A DNA stretch of 32,000 nucleotides from Alteromonadaceae bacterium (lineage in GTDB: Bacteria > Pseudomonadota > Gammaproteobacteria > Enterobacterales > Alteromonadaceae): the NCBI GenBank assembly GCA_014872785.1, contig WKFJ01000056.1, positions 82,794 to 114,793 of the forward strand, written 5' to 3'. Both the position numbers and the translations under genes were made by a program. The notes beneath the pieces are model-generated. The model was not told the origin of the DNA, ran no database searches, and worked only from the letters and a program-made list of their open reading frames with translations. Of the stretch, positions 1 to 8,555 are shown piece after piece; position 1 is the first letter of the stretch; each line of letters starts with the position of its first letter.

Positions 1-243
1 GGTGTGATTGAGAGACACGTCCGCCATCTACTAAAAAATCCATCGGTAAGAGTCCGTTTGCAGGGCAATGCATCCAATGATGGTGCAAGAGCTTATAACT
101 ACGATTTGGCATTGGCGCGGGCAGAATCAGTGAAAGATATTATGGTGCAACTTGGCGTAGCACCAACACAAATTATGATCAGCAGTATCGGCGAACAACG
201 TGCGACGATGTGGCCTGCTCAAAGCGTTAAAATTACTTATTAA
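1..243 (+). CDS. OmpA/Pal-like peptidoglycan-binding domain protein, C-terminal fragment (5' end lies outside the window)
   Basis: Frame 1 is open from base 1. The tail VRLQGNASNDGARAYNYDLALARAESVKDIMVQLGV fits the OmpA C-terminal pattern (G-x-x-D-x-x-G-x-x-x-Y-N-x-x-L-x-x-x-R-A). Confidence 0.7.
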   Translation, partial: GVIERHVRHLLKNPSVRVRLQGNASNDGARAYNYDLALARAESVKDIMVQLGVAPTQIMISSIGEQRATMWPAQSVKITY

Positions 244-266
244 TTCAAATTAAACTGGAGTCATAC

Positions 267-638
267 ATGTACAAGTTACTTACCGCAGCTGCGCTTTTGC
301 TTAGCACCCAAACGTTCGCCCAAATTGATCTTGATACAATGGGGATGCAAGCGCCGTCAGATAATCTTTTGGCGTCGGTTGATACACGACCGTTGACGGT
401 CGACCCAATCGTTGAGCAAAAAGCATCGACGGTAATGGCGATGGAGCCGGCGCAGGATCTGCTAAGCAAAATACAATGCCCAACCGATAAAGTGCCAGCC
501 CTTCGCGCTTTTGAGCATACAATGAATTTTGAGTACCGTTTAGCAGAAGGCCAGTTGTTGTTTGCAGAGAAAAAGGACATGTGCCCAGAGAATTATCAGC
601 TTGCCGCTGGTTTTTGCATTAGTGTAACGTGCCAGTAA
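267..638 (+). CDS. small secreted protein of unknown function
   Basis: GGAG lies about 7 nt upstream of the ATG. The N-terminal signal peptide is MYKLLTAAALLLSTQTFAQ, and the C-terminal part contains several Cys. Confidence 0.6.
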   Translation: MYKLLTAAALLLSTQTFAQIDLDTMGMQAPSDNLLASVDTRPLTVDPIVEQKASTVMAMEPAQDLLSKIQCPTDKVPALRAFEHTMNFEYRLAEGQLLFAEKKDMCPENYQLAAGFCISVTCQ

Positions 639-882
639 TACGAATAGCGCGAATAAAAACCGTATAGTTGCCAGTCAGTGATGTCTTGGTAATGTTAATA
701 TCAAAGATTTTGAGCCTTGGGTTGACGAAGTCCTGAAACTGTCGTCGACTGTATCTGCAAAAAATGCACGTGAAGGCGAAAAATACCGACTAAAATGGCT
801 AAAACGCTTCACTGATCAACTAACGCCGAAAGAAGCGGTAGAACAAGATAGAGTAGATAAATTTTAAAGGATGCTGGTAACG

Positions 883-2871
883 ATGAAAAAAGCGGTTGGA
901 TACTCACTCTTTGGCGTGTCAATGTTGACAGCAGCTATGACCCATGCGCAAAACACAAAGGTAATAGACAACATTAATCACAACTTGATTGAGCAATTAA
1001 ATGTGGCTCTTCAAGACTTGCCTGAAGACCCTCAAAAAACGATTGATGTGATGGTGTATTTTCAACCATCGTACGCGACTGTAATGGGCGGCGAACAGTT
1101 TGTAGTGGAAAAAGTGCAAGGGTTGTTTGACCGCATGAATGCACTTAACGAGAGCGAAGGCTTTAACGAAAGTTATCGAGTGGTTGCCGTGACGCCTACC
1201 GTTAGCGTCCCTGAAGATGTACCCGTATTTTCCTATGATGATGAAAATGGCGTAAGGCAACCAGGTGCATCATCACTAGCGGCAAGAGCGATTGGCAATA
1301 TCGGCAACCCTGAATATGACACACGTCTTTTATATAAGCCTGATATGGTGACATATATCAGAGACTACAATGGCGAGAGGTTTTTAGGCCTTGCTGCAAA
1401 CACAGGAGCTAATACACAGACGCTTGAAGGGTTTTATGCTTCTCAAACAGTGTTAGACGAATTAAACAATTACGAAAGTACGTTTAATACACTAGCGCAT
1501 GAAATTGGACATAATTGGGGTGGTGGTCACGAGGAAGCAGAAAACCCAAATACGGGCGATCCTCGTAATCGAGCGGTAATATGCGGCTCTAAGAGAACCA
1601 TCATGTATAGCGCTGGAGGTAATGCAGGTTTTTATTCAAATCCTGACGTTGCACTTAACGGCGAAGTGTGTGGCGATGCCGATGAGGCAGATAATCATGC
1701 TGTTATTAGTGAAAACCTACCTTTCGCGCATAGGTTGGTTACATCAAGCAGTGTTATTGGGACAGTCAGTTTTGATTCGACTGAGGTAGGTGTGTCAGAG
1801 GGAAATGATGCTTTACTGACAATCATCAGAGATGGCGACCTATCAGAAGCAGCAAGAGCGATGGTGTTGGTTTCGTCAGATACCGCGCAGGTAAACGTGG
1901 ATTATACCGATGGCTTCTACGACGTTTTGTTTGAAGCTGGTGAAACTACTAAACAAGTCGCGGTAACGACGCTTATTGATGGAGTCGCGGAAACAGACGA
2001 AATGTTAACGGCATCGCTTGTGTTCCCCGCTCGCTTAGACGTCGTACAAGGAGTCGCGCAAATCACCATTGAAGGTAATACAACCAGCGGCAATCCTGGG
2101 ATATTTTCACTAAATACAGACACGCTAAATATCACAGAAGGTGAAACGAAAACATTTACCATTGAAAGGACAGGTGGCAGTGATACTCAAGTTGTGGTGG
2201 ATGTGCAAACGCAGTTAATGAGCGCATCATTCACCGATGTTGGATCCATTAACGAATCAGTGTTGTTTGATGTGGGCGAAACTGAAAAAACGTTTAATTT
2301 GGTAACGCTTAATGATGAATTGGTGGAAGATACTGAAACATTGGTTATCAATATAACGTCACTTGCTGATGTGAACGTTTCATCGATGACAGTGAATATT
2401 GGTGACGACGATTCGGGGATTGTGAATAGAGGTGAGTTTGATGTGGTAGCGCCTACTAGCGTGACCGAAGGCGATACGTTTGAGGTGACCATAAACCGCA
2501 GTGGTGGTGAAGGTGAAGTTGATATTGTGTTAGAGGCTAACTACTCAAATAGCACAGCAGATAGCACGCAAACGTTGAGTTTTGCTGATGGTGAGACATC
2601 CAAAACGGTAAGCATCACTGCAACGGACAACAGTACTGACGAAGCAAACTACTCGGTGACATTGACGTTATCCTCTGATGATGAAGGTGCAGTATTTGGC
2701 ATAAATGCGGTGTCGGTGACAGTAGCTGACAATGATGAAGCGCCCGCCACGCCTTCTCAGCCGAGTTCGTCTGGTGACTCTGGCGGTGGTAGCATAGGGT
2801 ATGGGGTATTTGCGTTGATAGTGGCGATATTCGCGTGCTTACGTCGGCGTCAAAAGTATTTAGCGTCTTAG
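883..2871 (+). CDS. secreted metzincin-type zinc metalloprotease with three Calx-beta-like repeats and a GlyGly-CTERM sorting tail
   Basis: Signal peptide MKKAVGYSLFGVSMLTAAMTHAQ. Zinc site HEIGHNWGGGHE (HExxHxxGxxH). Three ~100-aa repeats show the Calx-beta pattern (F..GE..K.V.V...D...E..E). The C-terminus SGDSGGGSIGYGVFALIVAIFACLRRR is Gly-rich, then TM, then an Arg cluster. ATG 883 is preferred over ATG 871 because AAAGGA sits directly against 871. Confidence 0.8.
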   Translation: MKKAVGYSLFGVSMLTAAMTHAQNTKVIDNINHNLIEQLNVALQDLPEDPQKTIDVMVYFQPSYATVMGGEQFVVEKVQGLFDRMNALNESEGFNESYRVVAVTPTVSVPEDVPVFSYDDENGVRQPGASSLAARAIGNIGNPEYDTRLLYKPDMVTYIRDYNGERFLGLAANTGANTQTLEGFYASQTVLDELNNYESTFNTLAHEIGHNWGGGHEEAENPNTGDPRNRAVICGSKRTIMYSAGGNAGFYSNPDVALNGEVCGDADEADNHAVISENLPFAHRLVTSSSVIGTVSFDSTEVGVSEGNDALLTIIRDGDLSEAARAMVLVSSDTAQVNVDYTDGFYDVLFEAGETTKQVAVTTLIDGVAETDEMLTASLVFPARLDVVQGVAQITIEGNTTSGNPGIFSLNTDTLNITEGETKTFTIERTGGSDTQVVVDVQTQLMSASFTDVGSINESVLFDVGETEKTFNLVTLNDELVEDTETLVINITSLADVNVSSMTVNIGDDDSGIVNRGEFDVVAPTSVTEGDTFEVTINRSGGEGEVDIVLEANYSNSTADSTQTLSFADGETSKTVSITATDNSTDEANYSVTLTLSSDDEGAVFGINAVSVTVADNDEAPATPSQPSSSGDSGGGSIGYGVFALIVAIFACLRRRQKYLAS

Positions 2872-3221
2872 TGATTATTGCGATGTTGGAATAAAGTCGA
2901 GTGATGGGTTTGCGTCCAAGCTTAATGTGGACGCGCCGCCCCGTTACGATTGATTAGTAACGCAGAACAGTCTATCACAATCTCACTTGTTCGCTACCAT
3001 ATGGTGAATAGGGAATGCGGCTCTCTATCTATGATTACCGTTACATTTATCGGTATGGACTTCTTACTGTAACGAGCTGTTTTATCTCGATTCAATTGCT
3101 CAACACACATCTAGTACCGGCCTACCTTAGATATCAGTTTAGGCTAATTAGAAGTTAGCAGGGATTGATGTCGAATCACTTTAATTTGGGTACCACTAAT
3201 TATTGACACCGATTGATATGG

Positions 3222-4190
3222 TTATAAACCGCTATGCCGTAGATTATCTATCGTAGTTTTCACAAATTTAGATAAAGTAGAAAAGTCATCGGTGAGCAAC
3301 TGACCATAAAGAACTGTAGCGGCCGACTTTACTTCCGGCGTGATATCCTCTTTTTGGTAACCCCTAAACATCGTAGCTAAATTAAACGCCTTTTCGAAAT
3401 CAATAAGAGAGGGCAGCCCACTTTTGTTTTGAGCCTGAAGGTAATAGCTATATTGCAAAACGCCCCGACTAACAGAAAGAAAAAACAAATCCCTTTTAAG
3501 ACTGGCGCCAAGGCTTATGAGTTTCATGGATAAACTAGTAGCAGCATCTACACTTCTGTTGGCAATAAAAGCTTCGTGGATCAATTCCAACCCTTTTGAA
3601 TAGGAAGTTTCAGTACCATCTCCATCAAAGTAGGCCTCTCCTAGTAATACTGTATATTTTTCTGGGTTAATACGTTGCAACTTAGCGAGAAAATAAAACG
3701 CCTTCTCTTTATCTAATATATCGTCAAACGGCTCAAATACTGGGATGGTTTCACTCTCCCTTTTGCCTTTGTAGATGTTCAATAGTGACAAACCAGAACG
3801 ATGTGATTTTCCACTGTAAATTTGATAAACCAACGCCATTGCATTCTCATTCTCCGCATAAGGTGACAATTCATTTAAGGCGATTTGGTACTTCAATGAA
3901 AAGCTATTCAGGGAACTTTCATCTAGCAATCCAGAGGATAGTTTTGTGTTAGTTTGGTAGTTATCAAGGAATTCTAAATATTCAAATGCTAATTGATGGG
4001 AAAGACTTAAATCATCACCGTTTTTAGCAAGCTTCGCTTCTAATTGGCAGTTTGAAATATGGCTCTGCTGAACCTCTATCAATGCCAGAGAGCGAAGCGT
4101 TTCACAAGCGGATTGAGCGAGCAACGGTTTGGTGCTAAAGATAAAAAATACTAATGTATATAGAAGTGATTTGACACCAGAATAAGACAT
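3222..4190 (-). CDS. secreted Sel1-like/TPR-like repeat protein
   Basis: AAGGAG RBS about 9 nt upstream. Signal peptide ending LLAQS. Segments such as LGEAYFDGDGTETSYSKGLELIHEA resemble the Sel1 repeat pattern (LG..Y..G.G......A). The family call is tentative. Confidence 0.55.
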   Translation of the reverse strand: MSYSGVKSLLYTLVFFIFSTKPLLAQSACETLRSLALIEVQQSHISNCQLEAKLAKNGDDLSLSHQLAFEYLEFLDNYQTNTKLSSGLLDESSLNSFSLKYQIALNELSPYAENENAMALVYQIYSGKSHRSGLSLLNIYKGKRESETIPVFEPFDDILDKEKAFYFLAKLQRINPEKYTVLLGEAYFDGDGTETSYSKGLELIHEAFIANRSVDAATSLSMKLISLGASLKRDLFFLSVSRGVLQYSYYLQAQNKSGLPSLIDFEKAFNLATMFRGYQKEDITPEVKSAATVLYGQLLTDDFSTLSKFVKTTIDNLRHSGL

Positions 4191-4352
4191 TAAACAGCGC
4201 TCCTTGCAAACTTAAGAATCCCATTAAAGCTATCATAGATATGACAGCCCTAGATTCCTAATATTAGACTCAATTTACGTAATTGACAAAGTACCCATCT
4301 ACGTGATGTAAGTGCCACGATTGATAAGACGTTAAGGTGAACATAGCGACTG

Positions 4353-6353
4353 TTAATTGTTAACGGCGGCTAATGTAGTGGGTTTTTGCTTGGCTAAAAT
4401 CGTTTTGTCAAACATGGCCCAATTGATTGGCTTGTCCATAAACTCGTTATATCCCACCTCCAAACATTTGAGGCGATTGGAGAAACTGGTGTCGGCTGTC
4501 AGTGCGTAGATGTAGACGGGCTTTAAATTGTACTTTTTCTCAAACTCTCTCACCGCTTTGACCATTTCATAACCTGACATTTTTGGCATGTAACAATCGA
4601 CCACCAAAATATCAAAATCTTCGCAATTGGACTTGTATTCGTATAAGCCTTCTTCCCCATCTTCTGCAATGGTGACATCTATATTGTGTTTATCTGCCCA
4701 CACCTCAAATGCGGTGCGAGAAATAGGTGTATCTTCGACGTATAAAATGTGGTTGATGTGATGGGCAGGTAAATTGACAATGTCATCCTTTGGCACTGGC
4801 ACTCCAAAGGTGACGTGCAAACAAAAAGCGAGACGGCCGTTTTCATCCAATTTGACCGAAAGTACACCGCCTAGCAGCGCTGTTGCCACGTGGGCATCAT
4901 AGATTGATTGCCCAAGGGTTTGGATGGCATCGTGTTTGTCTTGATCGGCGATGGTGTTCATCGCTAAGTAGTGAGACATTTCATCCAAAAACGCAGGGTC
5001 TTTAGGGCGTATGTCGCTGGTCACTATCACCGTAACATCTACATCATTATCTCGCGGGGCGTGGGATAACTGAAAAGACAACTGATGGCCTTTGCTGGCG
5101 TTGTCGATAACTGCTTGGATGGTCAACTCTACGATGCGGTGCCAACAAAGCACATCCCCGGTGACCATCAATGGGGATTGTTGGTCAAGATTGTGTTGGA
5201 TAGTGGCCTCTCGGCGTGTCGCCCGTTTGTCCGCCCGTTCTAGTGTGATGTGCATTGCGTCAATCAAATCATCGACCGACTCTTCGCTTTCTCGATTGGG
5301 GTAGATGAACTCAATGGCACTGGTGATCTCATTGATTTTGTCGTTCAGCTCTTGGGACATGGTGTTTGAGATCTTCAGCATATTGTCGGTTTCATTGAGC
5401 ATATCGATGATTTGCTTTGCCTCATGTCCAGCCAAATGCAGCTTATCGGGATTTTGCAACGTGCGTCTTAATTCCTGAAACGCGATATTCACATCCACCA
5501 GCTTATCTTCGCCAAGGGTTAAACTGGTTTGCACATTGACGATAGGATGTTTCAGATCAGAGGTGATGTTGCGCAGTAAAGTGATTTTCTCGTTGTAGGC
5601 TTTTTGTTCTGAGCTTCTGGCGTGATCGGCAATCTTACATTGCTCCTGGTATTTATCCGCCAGCTCCAAGGCCCCGTGTTTTTCTTTTTCGATTTGCTCG
5701 GCCGCACGCTGCAGATCTTCGCGAGCGCGATTCATTTCCATGGCAATGCGATTGAACTCATCATCGCCACGAGGGTCAATCGGCACCTTTTCGTTTTTCG
5801 CAAACTTACTGACCGCGATGCGCAGTACTTTGAAGCGCGATGTAAAAAATTGATAAGAAAACAGTAAAAAGATCACGATAAGGGCGGTGATCACGGTTAA
5901 CCCAACAATGTAGATATCCAACAATTCATTGCGTCTTTGACGCAACTGTTCTGGATTGACGGTGTAATTAAGTTGACCAAGAGCGGTTTGGCCTTTGGTG
6001 ATGCTAAGTGACTGTAAATCGGTGTCTACAACGATATTGCCGATAGAGACGAGTGTCTTTCCCGCCGGGTCGACCACATTGATACCCAATAACACTTTGT
6101 TTTGCACCAGCGGTGATAACAGTGTGACCAGCTGTTCGGGTTTATCGTTGTCCAGGGCATCTGCAGCGATATCGGTATAGGCCGAGGTAAGCATGATGGA
6201 TACGGTGTCGTGCTGTGTATCACTGACCATCGACAGACCATTACTGGCAACAAGGTAGGCAAACAAAAAGCAGGAAAGAAACAGCACACCGAACAGCGAC
6301 ACTAGCTTGCCGCGCAGCGTATAAAAATATGTCCGGAGTGATTTCCTTGCCAT
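4353..6353 (-). CDS. membrane hybrid sensor-kinase-like protein with C-terminal receiver domain and apparently degenerate kinase core
   Basis: Two TM segments flank a ~130-aa periplasmic region. It has a HAMP-like linker (DEFNRIAMEMNRAREDL), a coiled coil, an H-box-like LLRNITSDLKHPIVNV and an N-box-like VIDNASKG. There are no DxGxG or GxGLG boxes. The receiver is intact (ILYVEDT, DILVVDCYMPKMSG, ALTADT, MDKP). Start is set at MARKSLRTYF (ATG 6353), immediately before the first TM. Confidence 0.75.
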   Translation of the reverse strand: MARKSLRTYFYTLRGKLVSLFGVLFLSCFLFAYLVASNGLSMVSDTQHDTVSIMLTSAYTDIAADALDNDKPEQLVTLLSPLVQNKVLLGINVVDPAGKTLVSIGNIVVDTDLQSLSITKGQTALGQLNYTVNPEQLRQRRNELLDIYIVGLTVITALIVIFLLFSYQFFTSRFKVLRIAVSKFAKNEKVPIDPRGDDEFNRIAMEMNRAREDLQRAAEQIEKEKHGALELADKYQEQCKIADHARSSEQKAYNEKITLLRNITSDLKHPIVNVQTSLTLGEDKLVDVNIAFQELRRTLQNPDKLHLAGHEAKQIIDMLNETDNMLKISNTMSQELNDKINEITSAIEFIYPNRESEESVDDLIDAMHITLERADKRATRREATIQHNLDQQSPLMVTGDVLCWHRIVELTIQAVIDNASKGHQLSFQLSHAPRDNDVDVTVIVTSDIRPKDPAFLDEMSHYLAMNTIADQDKHDAIQTLGQSIYDAHVATALLGGVLSVKLDENGRLAFCLHVTFGVPVPKDDIVNLPAHHINHILYVEDTPISRTAFEVWADKHNIDVTIAEDGEEGLYEYKSNCEDFDILVVDCYMPKMSGYEMVKAVREFEKKYNLKPVYIYALTADTSFSNRLKCLEVGYNEFMDKPINWAMFDKTILAKQKPTTLAAVNN

Positions 6354-6707
6354 CAGTGTTAATGCCCTTGGGATACGTCTAACGCTTATGGTTACTGGTG
6401 TAGACGACCATTCATCCTCGCCCAATGCGAAAAATATAACGCTATTAGAGTTATAAAACAAGCCGAGTTAGGCGGTGAGTCACCATCTGGTGGCGGCATT
6501 GAAAAAATGGCGTACTCTGTTGTTCGGTGAAACAGAAAAACGTATGGAAAACCTACAGTTAATGGCCATGCGTCTGTTTTTTATAGTAATTTTCGACCTC
6601 TTTCTGAAAGAATTATGAAGAAATGTGAATTGGATCACTATTTTTGTTCTTTTTTTCCGAAAAAAGTTGTATAGTATCTGTACTACAGCAGTTGAGGTGG
6701 TAAACGC

Positions 6708-7256
6708 ATGGGATTAGCTGAATTGAAAAACCAAGACAACACGAAGATCCAAGATATCGAACTGGATAAAAGCGGAACCCTTGATGGGTTTTCTGAACGC
6801 TTTTCGACGTTTCTTGCGATGGGAGAAGTCGGGGGCAAAGGCCAGAAATTCACGGTTTTGGAAAAAGAACTGAGTGCGAGTCGTTCCAGCGTCCACACGT
6901 GGTTAACCAAAGATATCGCCCCTAAAGACGGTAAATTGGAACAAATAATCCGCTATACCTTGACCAAGACGATGTTGGCGACGTATCCAAGCGTCAAGCG
7001 CATTGCGGCATGGCTAAAGTACGGTGGCGATGAGGGCGGCGTGAGCAATCCGTTTGAACATAATGGTAGCAGCCGCAATGAATTAGCGTTTCGTATGTTA
7101 TGTGAGATATACGCGATGCGTAACGAAGCGCCTGATGTGACGAAATTAGACAGTCAGATAGACAAGATTGCCAAGGCATTGGAATCGTTTGGCGTAAAAG
7201 AATATGCCGATATCACGACGTCTATTCGTGGTTTTGTCGCGAAGTGTATGTATTAG
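6708..7256 (+). CDS. putative helix-turn-helix DNA-binding protein
   Basis: GAGGTG RBS 8 nt upstream. The segment FTVLEKELSASRSSVHTWLTKD looks like an HTH. A rho-independent terminator follows. Confidence 0.55.
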   Translation: MGLAELKNQDNTKIQDIELDKSGTLDGFSERFSTFLAMGEVGGKGQKFTVLEKELSASRSSVHTWLTKDIAPKDGKLEQIIRYTLTKTMLATYPSVKRIAAWLKYGGDEGGVSNPFEHNGSSRNELAFRMLCEIYAMRNEAPDVTKLDSQIDKIAKALESFGVKEYADITTSIRGFVAKCMY

Positions 7257-7294
7257 CAGGTAACCTACCCCTGATCCTGCTGATCAGCAAACGG

Positions 7295-7328
7295 CCCCAC
7301 CTTTAACCAACCGGTGGGGTTTTTTTAT
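7295..7328 (+). terminator. rho-independent terminator
   Basis: The 7-bp GC stem CCCCACC (7295-7301) pairs with GGTGGGG (7313-7319), followed by TTTTTTTATT. Confidence 0.7.
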
Positions 7329-7362
7329 TCTATACATTTATATGTACTCGATAGAGCCAGGT

Positions 7363-7929
7363 CTAATGAGAAGAGTGCACGGGAATGTAGTCTTCATACT
7401 CTTTGCCTATTTTATCAAGGTATTGACGGCGGCGATGCGGGCTGTGCTTTTCCAGAAACACCTGCGTTAATTCGGCGACTCTTTTGGCGCATGTCGGGTG
7501 CAAATTCTGTATTTTTTTCTCGATAAGGGCGTTGATTTTCCCTAGCGTGCTGTGGTGTTGCTCAAGGGCAAACGCACGAGCATCGGCATCTCCGTGTTGT
7601 CGCAATACCGCCTCGACCGGCGCACAAATATCGTTAATGGTGTTGATGCTTTCAAGCGTGAAAGTATGTAGCGCTCGGTCTCGTTGCTCCAGAAGCTCTA
7701 ACATACCAGGTACAACCATATACTGAAGGATGTGGCCTGAGTAGGTCAGAAGTGGCAGCGGATCAGGTGGCGTGGTGGCTTTAGCAAAGGCATTGAAACT
7801 GGCCAGCAAGTAGCATCGAAGGTCGTCATACACGCCTAAGTTGTCAATGTCAGCTTTGCCTTTGATATCGGCCAGCCGGATAGAAAGCGATGCCAAATTC
7901 ACTCCATAATTCCACATTCCTTGATTCAA
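7363..7929 (-). CDS. hypothetical protein (184-188 aa)
   Basis: Long ORF with no competing frame. The start is ambiguous: TTG at 7929 or ATG at 7917. No motif recognised. Its upstream region contains Ter-like site T1. Confidence 0.55.
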   Translation of the reverse strand: MNQGMWNYGVNLASLSIRLADIKGKADIDNLGVYDDLRCYLLASFNAFAKATTPPDPLPLLTYSGHILQYMVVPGMLELLEQRDRALHTFTLESINTINDICAPVEAVLRQHGDADARAFALEQHHSTLGKINALIEKKIQNLHPTCAKRVAELTQVFLEKHSPHRRRQYLDKIGKEYEDYIPVHSSH

Positions 7930-7968
7930 TCATAATGCACAGTGTAACGACCGACAACTTAACAATCA

Positions 7969-7986
7969 TTTTAATACATCGTACCT
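7969..7986 (-). other. Ter-like site T1 (reads AGGTACGATGTATTAAAA on the minus strand)
   Basis: Matches the tus-proximal copy at 14/18 positions. Inverted relative to T2. Resembles the E. coli Ter core GTATGTTGTAACTAA. Confidence 0.55.
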
Positions 7987-8173
7987 ATATACCCTACTTG
8001 CAAAACCTAACCGCGCGTTGCGCGGTTGCGCCCGCCGCCCCTTATGGGGCGCCCATGAGGGTTAGCCAAGACAAACGAGAGAAAGACGAAGTGAGCGCTG
8101 CACCGAATGTCGAGACAACCGACAGGTCAATGCCCGGCGCACGGGGGTGGGAAAGGCACGAAACGGCATCTTT
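7987..8173. other. GC-rich hairpin-forming spacer between inverted Ter-like sites
   Basis: Strong compositional contrast with its AT-rich flanks. Perfect hairpin AACCGCGC-GTT-GCGCGGTT (8009-8027). Second hairpin CGCCCC-TTAT-GGGGCG (8036-8051). An outer pairing CTAACC (8007-8012) / GGTTAG (8060-8065) is also possible. Confidence 0.5.
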
Positions 8174-8191
8174 AGGTAGGATGTATTAAAA
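8174..8191 (+). other. Ter-like site T2 (AGGTAGGATGTATTAAAA)
   Basis: Matches T1 at 17/18 positions in inverted orientation, T3 at 17/18 and T4 at 15/18. Confidence 0.55.
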
Positions 8192-8249
8192 TCGTAGGTG
8201 GTGAGGGTTTCACTGCACAAATAGGATGGTCAGTGCTTGGGGGGGGTTC

Positions 8250-8267
8250 AGGTATGATGTATTAAAA
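8250..8267 (+). other. Ter-like site T3 (AGGTATGATGTATTAAAA)
   Basis: Shares an identical 15-mer, GGTATGATGTATTAA, with the tus-promoter copy T4. Matches 12 of 16 positions of the E. coli core GTATGTTGTAACTAAA, including the G equivalent to G6. Confidence 0.6.
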
Positions 8268-8555
8268 CAGAGCTGGTCTGATGTGTGGAGAACGAGTGTG
8301 CTGAGGCTGTGGCAGAATGTTTTTCAAGGCGACGGATCTGGATTTTTTTACCAATGGCTAACAGTGTGCTCGGTGCCTGCAAAAATATCTTGATTGGTAT
8401 AATAAACCGGCGTAAGTTACATACATGACTTACCGTCATACAGCTTCATCGTTGATAAGCTGTTCATGCACCGACTGCGCAGCAGTTTGTGTTACCCAAA
8501 TCACGCTTATGATTGCCTTGTAAAGGTGCGTAAGTGATTATTTGAGATTGATATT

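Noticed and set aside
682-867. A 61-codon open frame ending ...KEAVEQDRVDKF just upstream of the protease gene.
   Set aside because: It has no ATG, GTG or TTG start in frame and no RBS. It may be a gene remnant, but that cannot be supported from sequence alone.
245-6289. Antisense or overlapping track ORFs in the first 6.3 kb: 245-580, 301-522, 997-1260, 1917-2162, 2187-2492, 4679-4867, 5092-5304, 5622-5867, 5995-6180 and 6026-6289. The same kind of shadow ORF occurs throughout the rest of the window.
   Set aside because: Each is fully embedded in, or antisense to, a longer ORF with domain or signal-peptide support. Their translations are low-complexity or lack any motif.
7938-7951. E. coli-type Ter core GCACAGTGTAACGA (compare GNRNGTTGTAAYKA), on the plus strand next to T1.
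   Set aside because: It has two mismatches at strongly conserved positions and does not resemble the local repeated motif. I could not distinguish it from chance by eye.
8006-8067. attC-like structure: ACCTAAC ... GTTAGCC with an internal palindrome, similar in size to a 59-base element.
   Set aside because: It is a single copy with no integron integrase or attI in the window. The right core GTTAGCC departs from GTTRRRY and the arms pair only imperfectly. I kept it as a structural note only.
7969-8191. Retron-like layout: inverted repeats flanking a structured GC-rich segment, as with a1/a2 around msr-msd.
   Set aside because: No reverse-transcriptase ORF nearby, and neighbouring ORFs lack any YxDD-type motif. 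The inverted repeats are better explained as Ter-like sites, because the same motif sits in the tus promoter.
7890-8439. Track ORFs 7890-8189 (+, 99 aa) and 8248-8439 (-, 63 aa) crossing the Ter/GC-rich region.
   Set aside because: Neither has an RBS. The composition is driven by the GC-rich repeat structure, giving an Ala/Pro/Arg-rich translation. They span elements better explained as non-coding.
8525-8552. dif-like start GGTGCG... just right of the Ter cluster.
   Set aside because: Only about half of the 28 positions match the E. coli dif consensus, and the XerD arm (TTATGTTAAAT) is absent.
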